Source: an uncultured Candidatus Rokubacteria bacterium
GTDB taxonomy: Bacteria > Methylomirabilota > Methylomirabilia > Rokubacteriales > DASRDR01
NCBI GenBank assembly: GCA_963708025.1
Contig: CAVPSB010000030.1
Span: forward strand, 47,455-111,454
Length of the DNA: 64,000 nt
Direction: 5' to 3'
Shown here piece by piece: positions 19,861 to 30,722 of this stretch (the stretch's first letter is position 1; each line of letters opens with the position of its first letter). The position numbers and the translations under genes were made by a program. A model generated the notes under the pieces. It ran no database searches. It was not told the DNA's origin and saw nothing but the letters and a program-made list of their open reading frames with translations.

Positions 19861-19953
19861 GAAACCTCGAGTCCGGAGGAAGGACCAGCTTGACCTATCA
19901 TGGGCCCTGGGGTGGTGCCCAGCGAGTCCTCGGTGCAGGCTCGGGAAGGATGC

Positions 19954-21363
19954 ATGAAGCGCCTGTTCGTCATCGGGCTCGGGCTCGTGGCCGTGTTGCT
20001 GGTGGCGGCGCTGGCGGCGGCGCTTGCCATCGGGCTGCCACGCAACGCGGCCGGCATGGCCGCCCGCAGCGTGTGCTCGGGAGCCTTCGTCGCCGAACGG
20101 CCGTGGCAGAAGGTGCTGACCGAGGACGTGCTGCCGGCCAGCGGCGTGCTGCAGTTGGTCAACGTGACCGTCAACGTCGCAGCACGCACGGTGAGCGCAC
20201 GCTTTGCCGGCGGCTTCGAGCGCCGCGCGTCGCATCTGGGGCGGCGCGGCTGCGTGCTCGACGCCGAGCCCGACCGCGCCGCCGCGCCGCCGACCCCGCT
20301 CGTCGCTCGCGGCGCGCCCTGGCCCCAGGGTGATTCGCCGCTGCCCCCGGCGCAATGGGGGGACGGGGTCGCCGCCGCTCGGCTGCAGGCCCTGGTGGAC
20401 GAGGCCTTCGTCGGCGCCGGCGATCCCGCCGCGGCGAACGCACGCGGCCTTGCCGTCGTGCACCGCGGCCGGCTGCTCCTGTTGCGCCATGGCCACGGGT
20501 TCGACGCCACGACGCCGTTGCACGGCTGGTCGATGACCAAGACCGTGCTGGGCATGCTCACCCACAAGATCGCTGCCGAGCGGAGGCTCGCGCTCGGCCG
20601 CCCGGTGGTCGAGGCGTTCGGCCCCGGCCGCGAACCGGCCTGGGTCGCCCTCTGGCGCGCCGATGCGCGCAAGGGCATCACCGTGCAAGACCTGCTGTGG
20701 ATGCGCGACGGCCTGGCCAACGTCGAGGACTACGCGCCCTGGGGCGCGGTGCCACGCCTGCTGTGGGGCGGCAAGGACGTTGCCGCCCATGCCGCGGGTG
20801 CCGAGGCCGAGGTGCCGCCGGCCACGCGCTGGCGGTATTCGAGCGCCACCTCGAACCTGCTCGCGCGAGTGCTGCGCGGCAGCTTTGCGACCGATGCCGA
20901 ATACTGGGCCTATGCGAAGCAAGCCCTCTTCGACCCGATCGGCGCCGGCACCGCGGTGCTCGAGACCGACGCCGACGGCACCTGGATCGCGTCGTCATAC
21001 CTGTGGGCGAGCACCGGCGACTGGGCCCGCCTGGGCCTGTTGATGCTGCAAGACGGCCGCTGGGGCGAGCGCCAGGTGCTGCCGCCCGGTTGGCTGGCGC
21101 GTGCGGCGACGCCCTCGCTCGGGAAGGGGGATGGACTTGGCTACGGCGCGCAGACCTGGCTCATCGGCCACCCGAGCGAACGCATGTGCCGTGGCCGCGG
21201 CCTGCCGCCGGATACGATGGCGATGATGGGCCACTGGGGTCAGATCGTCGCCATCGTGCCGTCCCGCCAGGTGGTGACGGTGCGCCTGGGCTGGACCCTC
21301 GACCCCGACGCGTTCCGGCCCTGCGAGTTCGTGGCCGAGGTGCTGAAGGCCGTGAAGGACTAG
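19954..21363 (+). CDS. Serine hydrolase of the beta-lactamase family with N-terminal anchor
   Basis: WSMTK (SxxK), RYSS and GHWGQ motifs. Confidence 0.85.
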   Translation: MKRLFVIGLGLVAVLLVAALAAALAIGLPRNAAGMAARSVCSGAFVAERPWQKVLTEDVLPASGVLQLVNVTVNVAARTVSARFAGGFERRASHLGRRGCVLDAEPDRAAAPPTPLVARGAPWPQGDSPLPPAQWGDGVAAARLQALVDEAFVGAGDPAAANARGLAVVHRGRLLLLRHGHGFDATTPLHGWSMTKTVLGMLTHKIAAERRLALGRPVVEAFGPGREPAWVALWRADARKGITVQDLLWMRDGLANVEDYAPWGAVPRLLWGGKDVAAHAAGAEAEVPPATRWRYSSATSNLLARVLRGSFATDAEYWAYAKQALFDPIGAGTAVLETDADGTWIASSYLWASTGDWARLGLLMLQDGRWGERQVLPPGWLARAATPSLGKGDGLGYGAQTWLIGHPSERMCRGRGLPPDTMAMMGHWGQIVAIVPSRQVVTVRLGWTLDPDAFRPCEFVAEVLKAVKD

Positions 21364-21502
21364 CCGCGACCGGCGATTTTCAACGGTACGCCGCCCGCAC
21401 GAGCGGGCATCGCCGCGTAACGCTCTCGACACCCACGCGTCCAGATCTTTTGGCGCTCCCGTCAGGCTTGCGTCACGTGACGCTGGTAGCGTCGAACCAC
21501 TT

Positions 21503-22018
21503 GGAGGCCTCGGTCTCAAGGGCGAATACGTCCAGCAGATGGACGAGCGGAAGAACCTGGGCCCGGGTGGGAGCAATCTCGACGACGTCACGTCGAAAGG
21601 CTACTACGTGACGGCGACGTTCCTCCTGACCGGTGAGGACTCCGTGCTGAACGGGCCGGTGGTGCCGCGACGGCCGTTCTCCCCGTTCGCCGGGGCGCTG
21701 GGGCCGGGAGCGTGGGAGATCGCCCTCCGCTTCTCGCAGATCGAGTTCGATTCGGACGACCCTCTCGACTTCTTCGACGGGAACCTGGCCAACGGGGTCA
21801 CGGCGGGCAACGGGACGAACCGGGCTCAGGCGCTGACGGCTGGGGTCAACTGGTACCTGAACTCGCGGGTCCGGCTGATGGCCAACTACACCCACTACTG
21901 GTACGACAACGACTTCGCCACCCCGACGAGCTGTCGCCGGAACACCTGCGCCGCCGGGGACCTGCGGCGGGGCGACGACGCCTGGGAGTTCCTCACCCGC
22001 CTCCAGTTCTGGTTCTGA
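21503..22018 (+). pseudogene. Phosphate-selective porin OprO/OprP, C-terminal half only
   Basis: KGEY, GYYVTATFLLTGE, GAWEIALRFS, GVNWYLN motifs and C-terminal RLQFWF; no signal peptide or N-terminal half. Confidence 0.7.
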
Positions 22019-22192
22019 GGCATCGTCGGCCGGCGACGCCCACTCCCGTAGAGTCCGGACGGGGGGACCCCGATCCGGGCGACGACCCCGCCGAGGGGCC
22101 CGGAAGGCGCGCCCCGAGCTCCAGGCGGGATCGGCGGGGCCGGCATGGTCGCCGACCGGGCCGGGACCGTCTCGCTTCCGCCCGCCGGTTTC

Positions 22193-22235
22193 GTCGCGCG
22201 GCCGTCATCACGCTGTAACGCGGCCAGGCTACCCT
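22193..22235 (+). promoter_or_regulatory. Pho-box-like promoter
   Basis: GTCGC-N6-GTCAT-N6-GTAAC, 10 nt, then TACCCT. Confidence 0.55.
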
Positions 22236-22347
22236 CAGAACCCAGCGTGCGGGCGACGACCGCAGAGCCATCGGGTCGTGCTGACACAGACGCCCCGGCT
22301 GGGCGAGGAGCTCTGGGCTCGCGTCCGCCGCCGGTGGCGGAGGCCGT

Positions 22348-22605
22348 GTGGTGGCGATCCACCGGAAGAACCTCCGGCTGGCTCTGGTGCGCCCGATGCC
22401 CGAGGCACCGCTCACGAAGGAGGTCACGGTCGGCTGGGTGTATGTCGAGACCGAGCAGGAGATCCGGCGAGAGTGCCCCGCCGAGCCCCTGGCGTTGGAG
22501 TGGCAGACGCCTGAGCCTGGCAACGACGGGCCGCCACCCGCGGGAGAGATCGAAGGATGGGATGGCAGGTATTCCGTGAGTCGGTCGCAATCATCGGGGG
22601 ACTGA
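22348..22605 (+). CDS. Small hypothetical protein
   Basis: GGAGG RBS, globular-looking composition, upstream Pho-like promoter. Confidence 0.45.
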   Translation: MVAIHRKNLRLALVRPMPEAPLTKEVTVGWVYVETEQEIRRECPAEPLALEWQTPEPGNDGPPPAGEIEGWDGRYSVSRSQSSGD

Positions 22606-22826
22606 TCGCTCTCGGCCTGGCGCTCGGCCTCCTGCTGACGAGCGGCCACTGAGCGGGGCCGTTCGGGTGCCCCCGAAACCGCGGCCCGACACCGCCTCGG
22701 CGTGAGGCTCCCATGCCGGTCCTGACCATCGGCACGCTCGAGGCCATCGAGGTCCCGGCCTCACCCCAGCCGGCCGGCGGCTGGAAGCGGCCGCCCCGAA
22801 AGCGTGGGTGAAGCGGAGGCCCTGGA

Positions 22827-24387
22827 ATGGCTGACATGCTGGGTGCGCAGAATCCCCTGACGGCCGGGCTGCTGCCGACGCTCATCCCCCAGCCGTGCAC
22901 GCTGGTCATCTTCGGCGGCGCCGGCGACCTGAGCCGGCGCAAGCTGCTGCCTGCCGTGTACAACCTGTCCCTCGACGGCTTGCTCCCCGCCAACTTCGCC
23001 GTGGTCGGCTTCTCCAAGTCCGAGATCGGATGACGCGGCCTTCCGCGCCTTCGCCCGCGAGGGCGTGGAGCAAGTTCTCGCGACGGCCGATCGAGGAGAC
23101 GTCGTGGGAGGAATACTCGCGCCTGCTCTTCTACGTGCCCGGCAGCTTCGACGACCCCGGGCCTACGTCGAGCTGCGGCGCCGGCTGGAGAAGATCGAGG
23201 GCGAGCTGCGGCATCCCCGGCAACCGCGTCTTCTACCTCTCCATTCCGCCGAGCCTCGATCGGGACCTGCGTGAACCAGCTCGAGGCCGCGGGATTCGTG
23301 GCCGACCCGCAGGAGGGGCCGACCTCGCGCATCATCGTCGAGAAGCCGATCGGCCGCGACCTGGCCAGCGCACGCGCCATCAACGCCACCCTGGCCCGCG
23401 CCGTTCGACGAGAGCCAGATCTTCCGCATCGACCACTACCTCGGCAAGGAGACGGTCCAGAACATCCTGGTCCTGCGCTTCGCCAACTCCATCTTCGAGC
23501 CGCTGTGGAACCCGAAGTACGTCGACCACGTGCAGATCACGGTGGTCCGAGGAGGAAGGCGTCGGCACGCGCGCCGGCTACTACGAGGAGGCGGGCGCGC
23601 TGCGCGACATGGTGCAGAACCACATCCTGCAGCTCCTGTGCCTGATCGCGATGGAGCCGCCGTGGTCGCTCGACCCCGGACGTCGTGCGCGACGCACAAG
23701 CTGGAGGTGCTGCACTGCCTGCGCCCGATCGCGCGGCGCCGACGTCGAGCAGCACGTGCGTGCGCGCGCAGTACGGGCCGGGCTACCACCACGGCGTCGA
23801 GGTGCCCGGGCTACCGGCGCGAGGACGGCGTGACGCCCGACTCGACCACCGAGACCTACGTCGCGCTCAAGGTGCTTCATCGACAACTGGCGCTGGGCGG
23901 GCGTGCCGTTCTACCTGCGCACCGGCAAGCGCCTGCCGAAGCGCGCCAGCGAGATCGCGGTCCAGTTCAAGGACGGTGCCGCCGATCCTCTTCAACGTCG
24001 ACCGCGACGCGCCGCTCGAGCCGAACGTGCTGACGCTGCGCATCCAGCCCGACGAGGGCATCTCGCTCGCGCATCGTCGTCGAAGCTGCCCGGGCCGAAG
24101 GTGCGCATCTATCCCGTCAAGATGGACTTCCGCTACGGCACGACCTTCGGCGAGTCAGTCGCCCGAGGCCTACGAGCGGCTGCTGCTCGACGTCATGGCC
24201 GGCGACGCCACGCTGTTCATGCGCCGCGACGCGGTCGAGGCGTCGTGGACGTGGGTGACGGCCATCCTCGAGGCGTGGGAGGCGAGTCGGCATCCGCTTG
24301 CTGCCGGAGTACCCCGCGGGCAGCTGGGGGCCGATCGAGGCCGACCGGCTCATCGAGACCGACGGCCGCAGGTGGCGGACACTGTGA
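22827..24387 (+). CDS. zwf: Glucose-6-phosphate 1-dehydrogenase with many frameshifts, probably sequencing errors
   Basis: [47 protein letters not shown] and EAYERLL motifs are spread over several frames. Confidence 0.9.
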
Positions 24388-24403
24388 GGGCGGAAGGGCC
24401 GCG

Positions 24404-25513
24404 ATGAGCCCCACTACGCTGGTCGCCGAGCCACCGCGCACGGTGCGCGTCAGCGCCGTCGAGCACGAGCTGGCGCGACCCTGGCGTCATCCCGACGCGT
24501 CGCCCGACGAGGCGCCGGCCTCCCGGGCCCTGATGGCCAACCTCGTCATCTTCTGCCGCAGCGACGCCGAGGCCGCCGACGTGACCGGCAACATCGCCAC
24601 CATCGTGCCGCGCCATCCCTCGCGGGTGATCCTGCTGGTCGCCGACCCGTCCAGCGACGCCGGCGAGATCACCGCGTCGGTGGCGATCCACGGCCGTCTG
24701 ATGGACGGTTCGCAGCACGTGTGCGGCGAGGTCATCACGCTGCGCGCGGGCGCCCCCGCCCTCCGCAGCCTGCCCGCGACCGTCCGGTCCCTCCTGCTCG
24801 GCGACCTGCCCACCGCGCTCTGGTGGGCGACTCCCGACGCGCCGCCGCTGGCCGGCGAGCTCTTCACCGACCTGGCCCAGCTCGCCGACCAGATCATCTA
24901 CGACAGCTTCGCCTGGACGGATCCGCTGCGGCAGCTCGTCGTCACCGCCGGCTGGATCACCGGCGCCGCTGCCAGCGTTACGTCAGACCTGGCCTGGCGG
25001 CGGCCCAAGCTGTGGCGGCGCATCCTGGCCCAGTCGCTCGATGCCGGCCTGGCACCCGGCGCGTTCGACAACATCAGTGAGGTCCACATCGAGCACGGCC
25101 CGCACACGCTGACCCAGGCGTGGCTCCTCACTGGCTGGCTCGCCTTCCGCCTGGGCTGGCAGCCGCGCGGGGGCAAGGTGCTCCCGGGCCCCGAGGTGTC
25201 GTGGTCGTTCCAGTGGGCGCACGGCTCGCCGCGCGTGCAGATCAAACGGCTGGCCGAGGGCGTGTCGGACATCCGCGCCATCCGCATTGTCACCAAGGTC
25301 GGCAGCCGCGCCGTCACCTTCCGGTTCCAGCTCTCGGAACCAGGCCACGCCAGCGTCATCGCCGACGGACTCTCCGACCGAGTCCTCACCATGACCGCGC
25401 CGGTGCAGTCGCGGGCGGAGCTGGTGGCGCGGCAGCTGCCCGACATCGCGCGTGACCGGCTCTTCCAGTCGAGCGTGGCGCTGGCGCGCACGATGGCCGA
25501 GGCGGTGCTGTGA
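24404..25513 (+). CDS. opcA: Glucose-6-phosphate dehydrogenase assembly protein OpcA
   Basis: Follows zwf; [20 protein letters not shown] and DLAWRR motifs. Confidence 0.85.
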   Translation: MSPTTLVAEPPRTVRVSAVEHELARPWRHPDASPDEAPASRALMANLVIFCRSDAEAADVTGNIATIVPRHPSRVILLVADPSSDAGEITASVAIHGRLMDGSQHVCGEVITLRAGAPALRSLPATVRSLLLGDLPTALWWATPDAPPLAGELFTDLAQLADQIIYDSFAWTDPLRQLVVTAGWITGAAASVTSDLAWRRPKLWRRILAQSLDAGLAPGAFDNISEVHIEHGPHTLTQAWLLTGWLAFRLGWQPRGGKVLPGPEVSWSFQWAHGSPRVQIKRLAEGVSDIRAIRIVTKVGSRAVTFRFQLSEPGHASVIADGLSDRVLTMTAPVQSRAELVARQLPDIARDRLFQSSVALARTMAEAVL

Positions 25514-26448
25514 AGTCGCCTGCACCGCCACGGATCCGGGTCCTCGTGAGCGGCAGCTCCGGATTGATCGGCTCCGCGCTGCTTCCACGCCTGGCCAGCA
25601 TGGACTGGTCGGTCACCCGGCTCATCCGCTCGAAGCCGGGCCGCGGCGAGGCCGCCATAGCCTGGGATCCTGCCGGCGGCACCATCGACGCCGGCGCCAT
25701 CGACGGGTTCGACGCGGTCGTGCACCTGGCTGCCGAGAACCTGGGTGGCGAGCGCTGGAATCACGGCAAGAAGGCGCGCATCCGTGACAGCCGCGTCGGA
25801 GGCACGCGGTTGCTCGTCGCCGCTCTGGCCGCCCGCGCCCGCCGCCCGCGCACACTCGTCACCGCGTCGGCCACCTCGTACTACGGGGACCGGGGCGCCC
25901 GGTGGGTTAACGAGACGACTCCCGCCGGCAGCGGCTTCCTCGCCCACGTATGCCGCGACGGAGAGGCGGCCGCCGAGGGGGCGGCATGGCGAGGGCTCCG
26001 CGTCGTCCATCTCCGGTTCGGTGCGGTGCTGAGCGCACGGGGAGGCGCGCTGGCGGCGCTGCTGCAGCCGTTCCGGCAGGGGCTGGGCGGTCCGATCGGG
26101 TCCGGGGACCAGTACGTGAGCTGGGTCGCCATCGACGACGCGGTGGCGGCGATCCTGCACGCCGTCCGGACACGGAGCGTGCACGGGCCCGTCAACGTCG
26201 TCGCACCCGATCCGGTGACGAACCGGGAGTTCGTCGAAACGCTCGGACGCGTGATCGGTCGGAAGGCAGGGGCTGGGATGCCAGCCTTCGCCGCCCGGCT
26301 GCTGCTGGGCGAGATGGTGGACGAAGTGATCCTGCCGAGCATCCGGGTCCGACCGACCCGGCTCCTCGAGACCCGCTTCACGTTCCGCCATCCAAGGCTG
26401 GAAGACGCGCTTCGGGCGCTGCTCGGAGACGCGGCGGGCTCGGGGTGA
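25510..26448 (+). CDS. TIGR01777-family NAD-dependent epimerase/oxidoreductase
   Basis: [31 protein letters not shown] and GPVNVVAP motifs. Confidence 0.85.
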   Translation: MKSPAPPRIRVLVSGSSGLIGSALLPRLASMDWSVTRLIRSKPGRGEAAIAWDPAGGTIDAGAIDGFDAVVHLAAENLGGERWNHGKKARIRDSRVGGTRLLVAALAARARRPRTLVTASATSYYGDRGARWVNETTPAGSGFLAHVCRDGEAAAEGAAWRGLRVVHLRFGAVLSARGGALAALLQPFRQGLGGPIGSGDQYVSWVAIDDAVAAILHAVRTRSVHGPVNVVAPDPVTNREFVETLGRVIGRKAGAGMPAFAARLLLGEMVDEVILPSIRVRPTRLLETRFTFRHPRLEDALRALLGDAAGSG

Positions 26449-26654
26449 GATGGCCGACACCCTTCGGCGGACAATCGCGACGGTGATCACGGCGCCGAGC
26501 CGGCCCACCACGCGAGGCGAGTGCGTAGACGAAGGTTCACGGGCGCGTCGCGCGGAGTCTGCGACGCTGCGGCGACGTCGAGTCAGAGAGGAGATTCCCA
26601 TGGACCGCTCCTCCGACCCCGAGAGCGTCGTAGCCAACGACTCATGCTGACGGG

Positions 26655-27101
26655 ATGCCCGACGTGACGAGCGAGGACCGTCGCACGCTGGTCCGAGATC
26701 TGATGACTCCCAACCCCGTCGTGGTCCATACCGAGGACGACGCCGAACAGCTGCTTGACCTCTTCGAGCGGCGGGACTTCAACGCGGTTCCGGTCGTGGA
26801 TGGCGAAGGAAACCTAATCGGGGTCGTGACGAAGTTGAGCTTGCTGCGCCTGTTTCACGGAGCGGCGGACCGCGGATCCGCCGGCCCTACGGCATCGCCA
26901 ACGCTGCGGGTGAGCGATATCATGGACACGCGCACTGTTTCGGTGGATCCCGCGGATTCCCTCGACGCTCTAGTGAAGCAGATGACGCGGAATCGCGTGC
27001 GGAGCGTCCCGGTGGTCGAGCGATCACGAAGCCGTCGCCGGCTGGTTGGCATCGTGAGCCGCGGCGACTTGCTACGGGGCCTCGCCAGGGGCCACGCCTA
27101 A
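26655..27101 (+). CDS. CBS domain pair protein
   Basis: VRDLMT...AVPVVD...GVVT; VSDIM...VPVV...GIVSRGDL. Confidence 0.85.
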   Translation: MPDVTSEDRRTLVRDLMTPNPVVVHTEDDAEQLLDLFERRDFNAVPVVDGEGNLIGVVTKLSLLRLFHGAADRGSAGPTASPTLRVSDIMDTRTVSVDPADSLDALVKQMTRNRVRSVPVVERSRSRRRLVGIVSRGDLLRGLARGHA

Positions 27102-27191
27102 AGGGGGTTCGGACGGGCGAGCCGGGCCTCGGCCGATTCTCGATGCGGCGCTCGGCCCTCGCCCCCGGGGAATCGCCCGGCTAGTCTGAAG

Positions 27192-28265
27192 TTAGGCGTC
27201 GGCGGCGATGAACCGGTCGAGCCGTTCCCGGGCGACGTCGTCCGGCCACTGCTCGGGCGGCGCCTTCATGAGATAGGCGGATGGAGCGAGCAGGGCCCCC
27301 TTGACGCCCCGGTCGAGGGCGATCCGGCAGCACCGGATGGCATCGACGACGACTCCCGCCGAATTGGGGGAGTCCCACACCTCGAGCTTCAGCTCGACGG
27401 TGATCGGCTGATCGCCGAAGCCGCGTCCCTCGAGCCGGATGTGGGCCCACTTCCGGTCCTCGAGCCACGGCACATAGTCACTCGGTCCGATGTGGACGGC
27501 GGTCTCCGGCAGGTCGTGGCGCAGCTCGGCGCGGACGGCGTCGGTCTTCGACATCTTCTTCGACGCGAGCCGCTCCCGCTCCAGCATGTTGTAGAAGTCG
27601 GTATTCCCCCCGACGTTGAGCTGGCTGGTACGCTCCAGGCGCACGCCGCGGTCCATGAAGAGCCGGGTGAGCGCGCGATGCACGATCGTCGCGCCGACCT
27701 GCGACTTGACGTCGTCTCCCACGACCGGCAGCGCCGCCTCCTCGAAGCGCCGCCGCCAGTAGGCCTCCCGGGCGATGAACACCGGGATACAGTTCACGAA
27801 GCCGCAGCCGGCGTCGAGGACCTGCTCGACGTACCACTTGGTCGCCATCTCGCTCCCGACCGGGAGGAAGTTCACGACGACGTCGGTGCGCGTATCCCGG
27901 AGGATGCCGGCGATGTCCGCGGTCGAACCCGGCGCCTTCCGGATCAGGCGCGAGAGATACTGGCCGAGCCCGTCGTGCGTCATCCCGCGCTGAACGGGGA
28001 CCTCGAGCCGAGGCACGTCGGCGAACCGCACCGTGTTGTTCGGCGGGGCGAAGATCGCCTCGCCGAGGTCGCGCCCGACCTTCTGCTCGTCGATGTCGAA
28101 CGCGGCCGAGAACTCGATGTCGCCGACGTGGTACTCGCCGAGCCGCGGACGCATCAGACCGGGGATGAATCCTTGCTCGGGTGCCGATCGATAGTAGTGA
28201 ACACCCTGGACGAGAGCCGAGGCGCAGTTCCCGATGCCGATGATCGCGACGCGGACCTTCGGCAT
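27192..28265 (-). CDS. ino1: Inositol-3-phosphate synthase
   Basis: [34 protein letters not shown] and WDSPNSAG motifs. Confidence 0.95.
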   Translation of the reverse strand: MPKVRVAIIGIGNCASALVQGVHYYRSAPEQGFIPGLMRPRLGEYHVGDIEFSAAFDIDEQKVGRDLGEAIFAPPNNTVRFADVPRLEVPVQRGMTHDGLGQYLSRLIRKAPGSTADIAGILRDTRTDVVVNFLPVGSEMATKWYVEQVLDAGCGFVNCIPVFIAREAYWRRRFEEAALPVVGDDVKSQVGATIVHRALTRLFMDRGVRLERTSQLNVGGNTDFYNMLERERLASKKMSKTDAVRAELRHDLPETAVHIGPSDYVPWLEDRKWAHIRLEGRGFGDQPITVELKLEVWDSPNSAGVVVDAIRCCRIALDRGVKGALLAPSAYLMKAPPEQWPDDVARERLDRFIAADA

Positions 28266-28267
28266 TG

Positions 28268-28867
28268 CTACTCCGCCCCCGCCCGCCCGCTCTCTTTCCG
28301 CCGCCCGCGCCCCGGCCGCGATGCAGCCCGCGCACGGGGTGCCGACTTCACAGGTCGCGAAGCCGGGTTCACACGCTTGGCGCCCTGCATGGCGGCCCGG
28401 ACCGTCAGCCGCACCGCTCGACCGGCGGCCGTGCCGATCCGGTCGGCGGCCTCGATCGCCCCCTGGCCGGCCTTTCGAGCGGCTGCCCCGACGTCGGCCC
28501 CGATGTCCTGGGCCGCCTGAATCGTGCCCTCGACGGCCTTCCGCGCGACAGCGCCCACGTCGCCGCCGACCTCGCCGGCCGCCCGGACCGCCCCCCGGGC
28601 CGCGGACTGGGCTACCATCCCGAGGTCGCCGCCGATCGCGTACGCGGCCCGGATGGCCCCGCGGACCGTCGCCACCGCGGTGAGGCCCAGTTCACTCCCA
28701 ACGTCGCGCGCGCCCGACACGGCGGTGACCAGCGTGTTCCGGACCAGGTTCAGCACGCCCACCGAAATGATCTCGCCACCGGTGAACGTGCGGCGGATCG
28801 CCCGCTGCACCGCACCGGCGTCCTGGCCGGGCTCGCGCTGCGGCCGGCCCTTTCGCTTGGTCGCCAT
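28268..28867 (-). CDS. Ala/Gly-rich 22-aa-repeat hypothetical protein, copy 3
   Basis: Highly similar to 12037-12642; ends 2 nt before the ino1 start. Confidence 0.75.
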   Translation of the reverse strand: MATKRKGRPQREPGQDAGAVQRAIRRTFTGGEIISVGVLNLVRNTLVTAVSGARDVGSELGLTAVATVRGAIRAAYAIGGDLGMVAQSAARGAVRAAGEVGGDVGAVARKAVEGTIQAAQDIGADVGAAARKAGQGAIEAADRIGTAAGRAVRLTVRAAMQGAKRVNPASRPVKSAPRARAASRPGRGRRKESGRAGAE

Positions 28868-28909
28868 CAAGTCCTCCCTCTCGCAGCCGCAACGCGGCGG
28901 ACCACACCG

Positions 28910-29025
28910 TGGAGCCCATGCCAGATGCGGCCATTCGGACGGCCGCCGGGTGGAAAACGCGGGGTGAGCAGGAACATCGCGGCGGTGGCGTGACCCAGGA
29001 CGAACACGAGTGGGTGACGTCCCAT
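28910..29025 (-). pseudogene. Degenerate 5' copy of the DUF5132-like gene at 5795-6094
   Basis: MGRHPLVFVLG..AAMFLLT / RVFHPAAVRMAASGMG versus MGFHPLSFFLG..AAMPLLTRVFRPAAVQIAVAGMG; same GTCGGAGGGCTT leader. Confidence 0.65.
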
Positions 29026-29116
29026 CCGAAAGCCCTCCGACGACTGAGATGACAATCGGCTCGAGGGCCCGCAGCTTGGCGGGCAGCCTCAGTGCGCCGC
29101 GCGGGACCCTTCATCC

Positions 29117-29160
29117 AGTGTAGGGACCGTTGGCAAAAGACTACGTTACGAAAGGGTTAC
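29117..29160 (-). promoter_or_regulatory. Copy of the 5655-5699 promoter
   Basis: Minus strand: CGTAAC-CCTTT-CGTAAC...CCTACACTG. Confidence 0.6.
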
Positions 29161-29279
29161 GATCCGGGCTTCCCGACGCACCCCGAGGCCGGTGCGGCGC
29201 ACAGGCCCAGATGTATCGGCGCCGTCATCGAGAAGCAATCGAGCGCCGGTACGCTGGCCCTATCGACGGGAGGCCCGAG

Positions 29280-29711
29280 ATGAAAGCGATACGCCCGGCC
29301 GGGACCGCGCATGCCGCGCCCCAGACCCTCGCCGTGATCGCTCACGACAACAAGAAGGTTGACATGGTCGCGTGGGCGACCTTCAACCGTGACACGCTGG
29401 GCCGCTTTCGGCTGCTGGCCACCCGCCACACCGCCCGGCTCGTCCGGGACAAGATCGGGCTCCCGGTCGACGAACTGCTCAGCGGCGCGGAAGGCGGCGA
29501 CGCTCAGATCGCCGCCCTCGTGGCCACCGGCGAGATCGATGCGGTGTTCTTCTTCGTCGATCCGCTCTGCGCGCTGCCTCACGACCCGGACGTTCGCGCC
29601 CTGCTGCGGGTCTGCAACGTCCACAACGTGCCACTGGCCACGAACCTGGCCACCGCGGATCTGATCATCGCCGCGCTGTCCGGGGCCGAGCCCGTCGTCC
29701 TGCGCGAATAG
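29280..29711 (+). CDS. mgsA: Methylglyoxal synthase
   Basis: IAHDNKK, GGDAQI, FFVDP, PHDPDV and PLATN motifs. Confidence 0.92.
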   Translation: MKAIRPAGTAHAAPQTLAVIAHDNKKVDMVAWATFNRDTLGRFRLLATRHTARLVRDKIGLPVDELLSGAEGGDAQIAALVATGEIDAVFFFVDPLCALPHDPDVRALLRVCNVHNVPLATNLATADLIIAALSGAEPVVLRE

Positions 29712-29878
29712 AGCGGCGCCCGACGACTCCGCTTCGGCGGCCGGAGACGGGCTGGTGCGGAACGCGGTGTCGGCGACCTCCGGCGGCCCGATCACCGTCT
29801 GCGCGAACTCTGAGCCGAGGAATGACGATGGCCGATGAACCCGTGGCGGCGCCTGGGAACAGCTGCCTCCGCACGAGA

Positions 29879-30222
29879 TCATCCCGTCGATTCTCGGGTA
29901 GCCGATTCTGGTCGGCATCCGGGTTCGGTCGCGAGCGAAGCTGAGCCCGTATTTGCAGATTTGATCTCTCGAATCGCCACCACGCACGACCACGGAACGA
30001 AGACTCGAAGCCCGCCTGACATCTCCTCTGACTGCCCCCACCGCCGTCCGTCCTCGCGACAACCCCGGCAGGGTGGCCGAGATCGACGAGCGTGCACGCG
30101 AGCGCGACGACGGGTGCTCCCGGTTGCCGAAGGACCGCCGGATCCAGAAGGTGCGGAGACCACGCACACTTCTCGATCCACGTCCGGTCAACAACGAGCT
30201 CGATCCGGTCACCCGCTTTCAT
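29879..30222 (-). CDS. Small hypothetical protein, probable frameshift at a G5 run (about 30035-30039)
   Basis: MKAGDRIELVVD...VVARTDGG continues plausibly as QSEEMSGGLRVFVPWSCVVAIREI in another frame; Pho-like promoter upstream. Confidence 0.4.
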
Positions 30223-30280
30223 GGTCTTCGCCGATGAACGTGATGGCGGGCGATGCCCTCGCCGCTCGACGGGCGGAAGC

Positions 30281-30323
30281 AGCCTACCTGGCGAAGGTTA
30301 CGACGCCATCACTTGCTCGTTAC
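30281..30323 (-). promoter_or_regulatory. Pho-box-like promoter
   Basis: Minus strand: GTAAC-N6-GTGAT-N6-GTAAC, 10 nt, then TAGGCT. Confidence 0.58.
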
Positions 30324-30571
30324 AAGATTGCGGCGGTTGCGCGCTTCTCGACCACCCGCGTGAAGTCTGTCGGCTCGAAGCGGCGGTCGCTATGTTCCCG
30401 AGCAGGTCGGTATTACCCAGGGTTTCGCGAACTCCGCGCTCCCCTGCCAGGTGGACTGTGCGGTGAGGCCTTGGTTGTAGTGACGAGCGTGTGGCGCGCT
30501 TCGACCCCCGCTCGGCGTGGTAAGCTCCCAAGCTGTCCTCGGACAACCTCCGCTCGCGTGGGAAGGCGGCC

Positions 30572-30722
30572 ATGGCCCAGGGATCGGCTCCCGATCTCGC
30601 TCGGATGATCGAAGGGCGTGACTTCGTCGCGCTCCACGAGATGCTCAAGCACTGGTCGCCGCCGACCGCGGCGCGCCTCATCGAAGGTCTCGCCGTGGAA
30701 CAGCAGGCCGTTGCCTTCCGGG
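30572..30722 (+). pseudogene. N-terminal fragment of a MgtE-like magnesium transporter
   Basis: PDLARMIEGRDFVALHEMLKHWSPPTAARLIEGL..EQQAVAFR resembles MgtE_N; no continuation. Confidence 0.45.
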
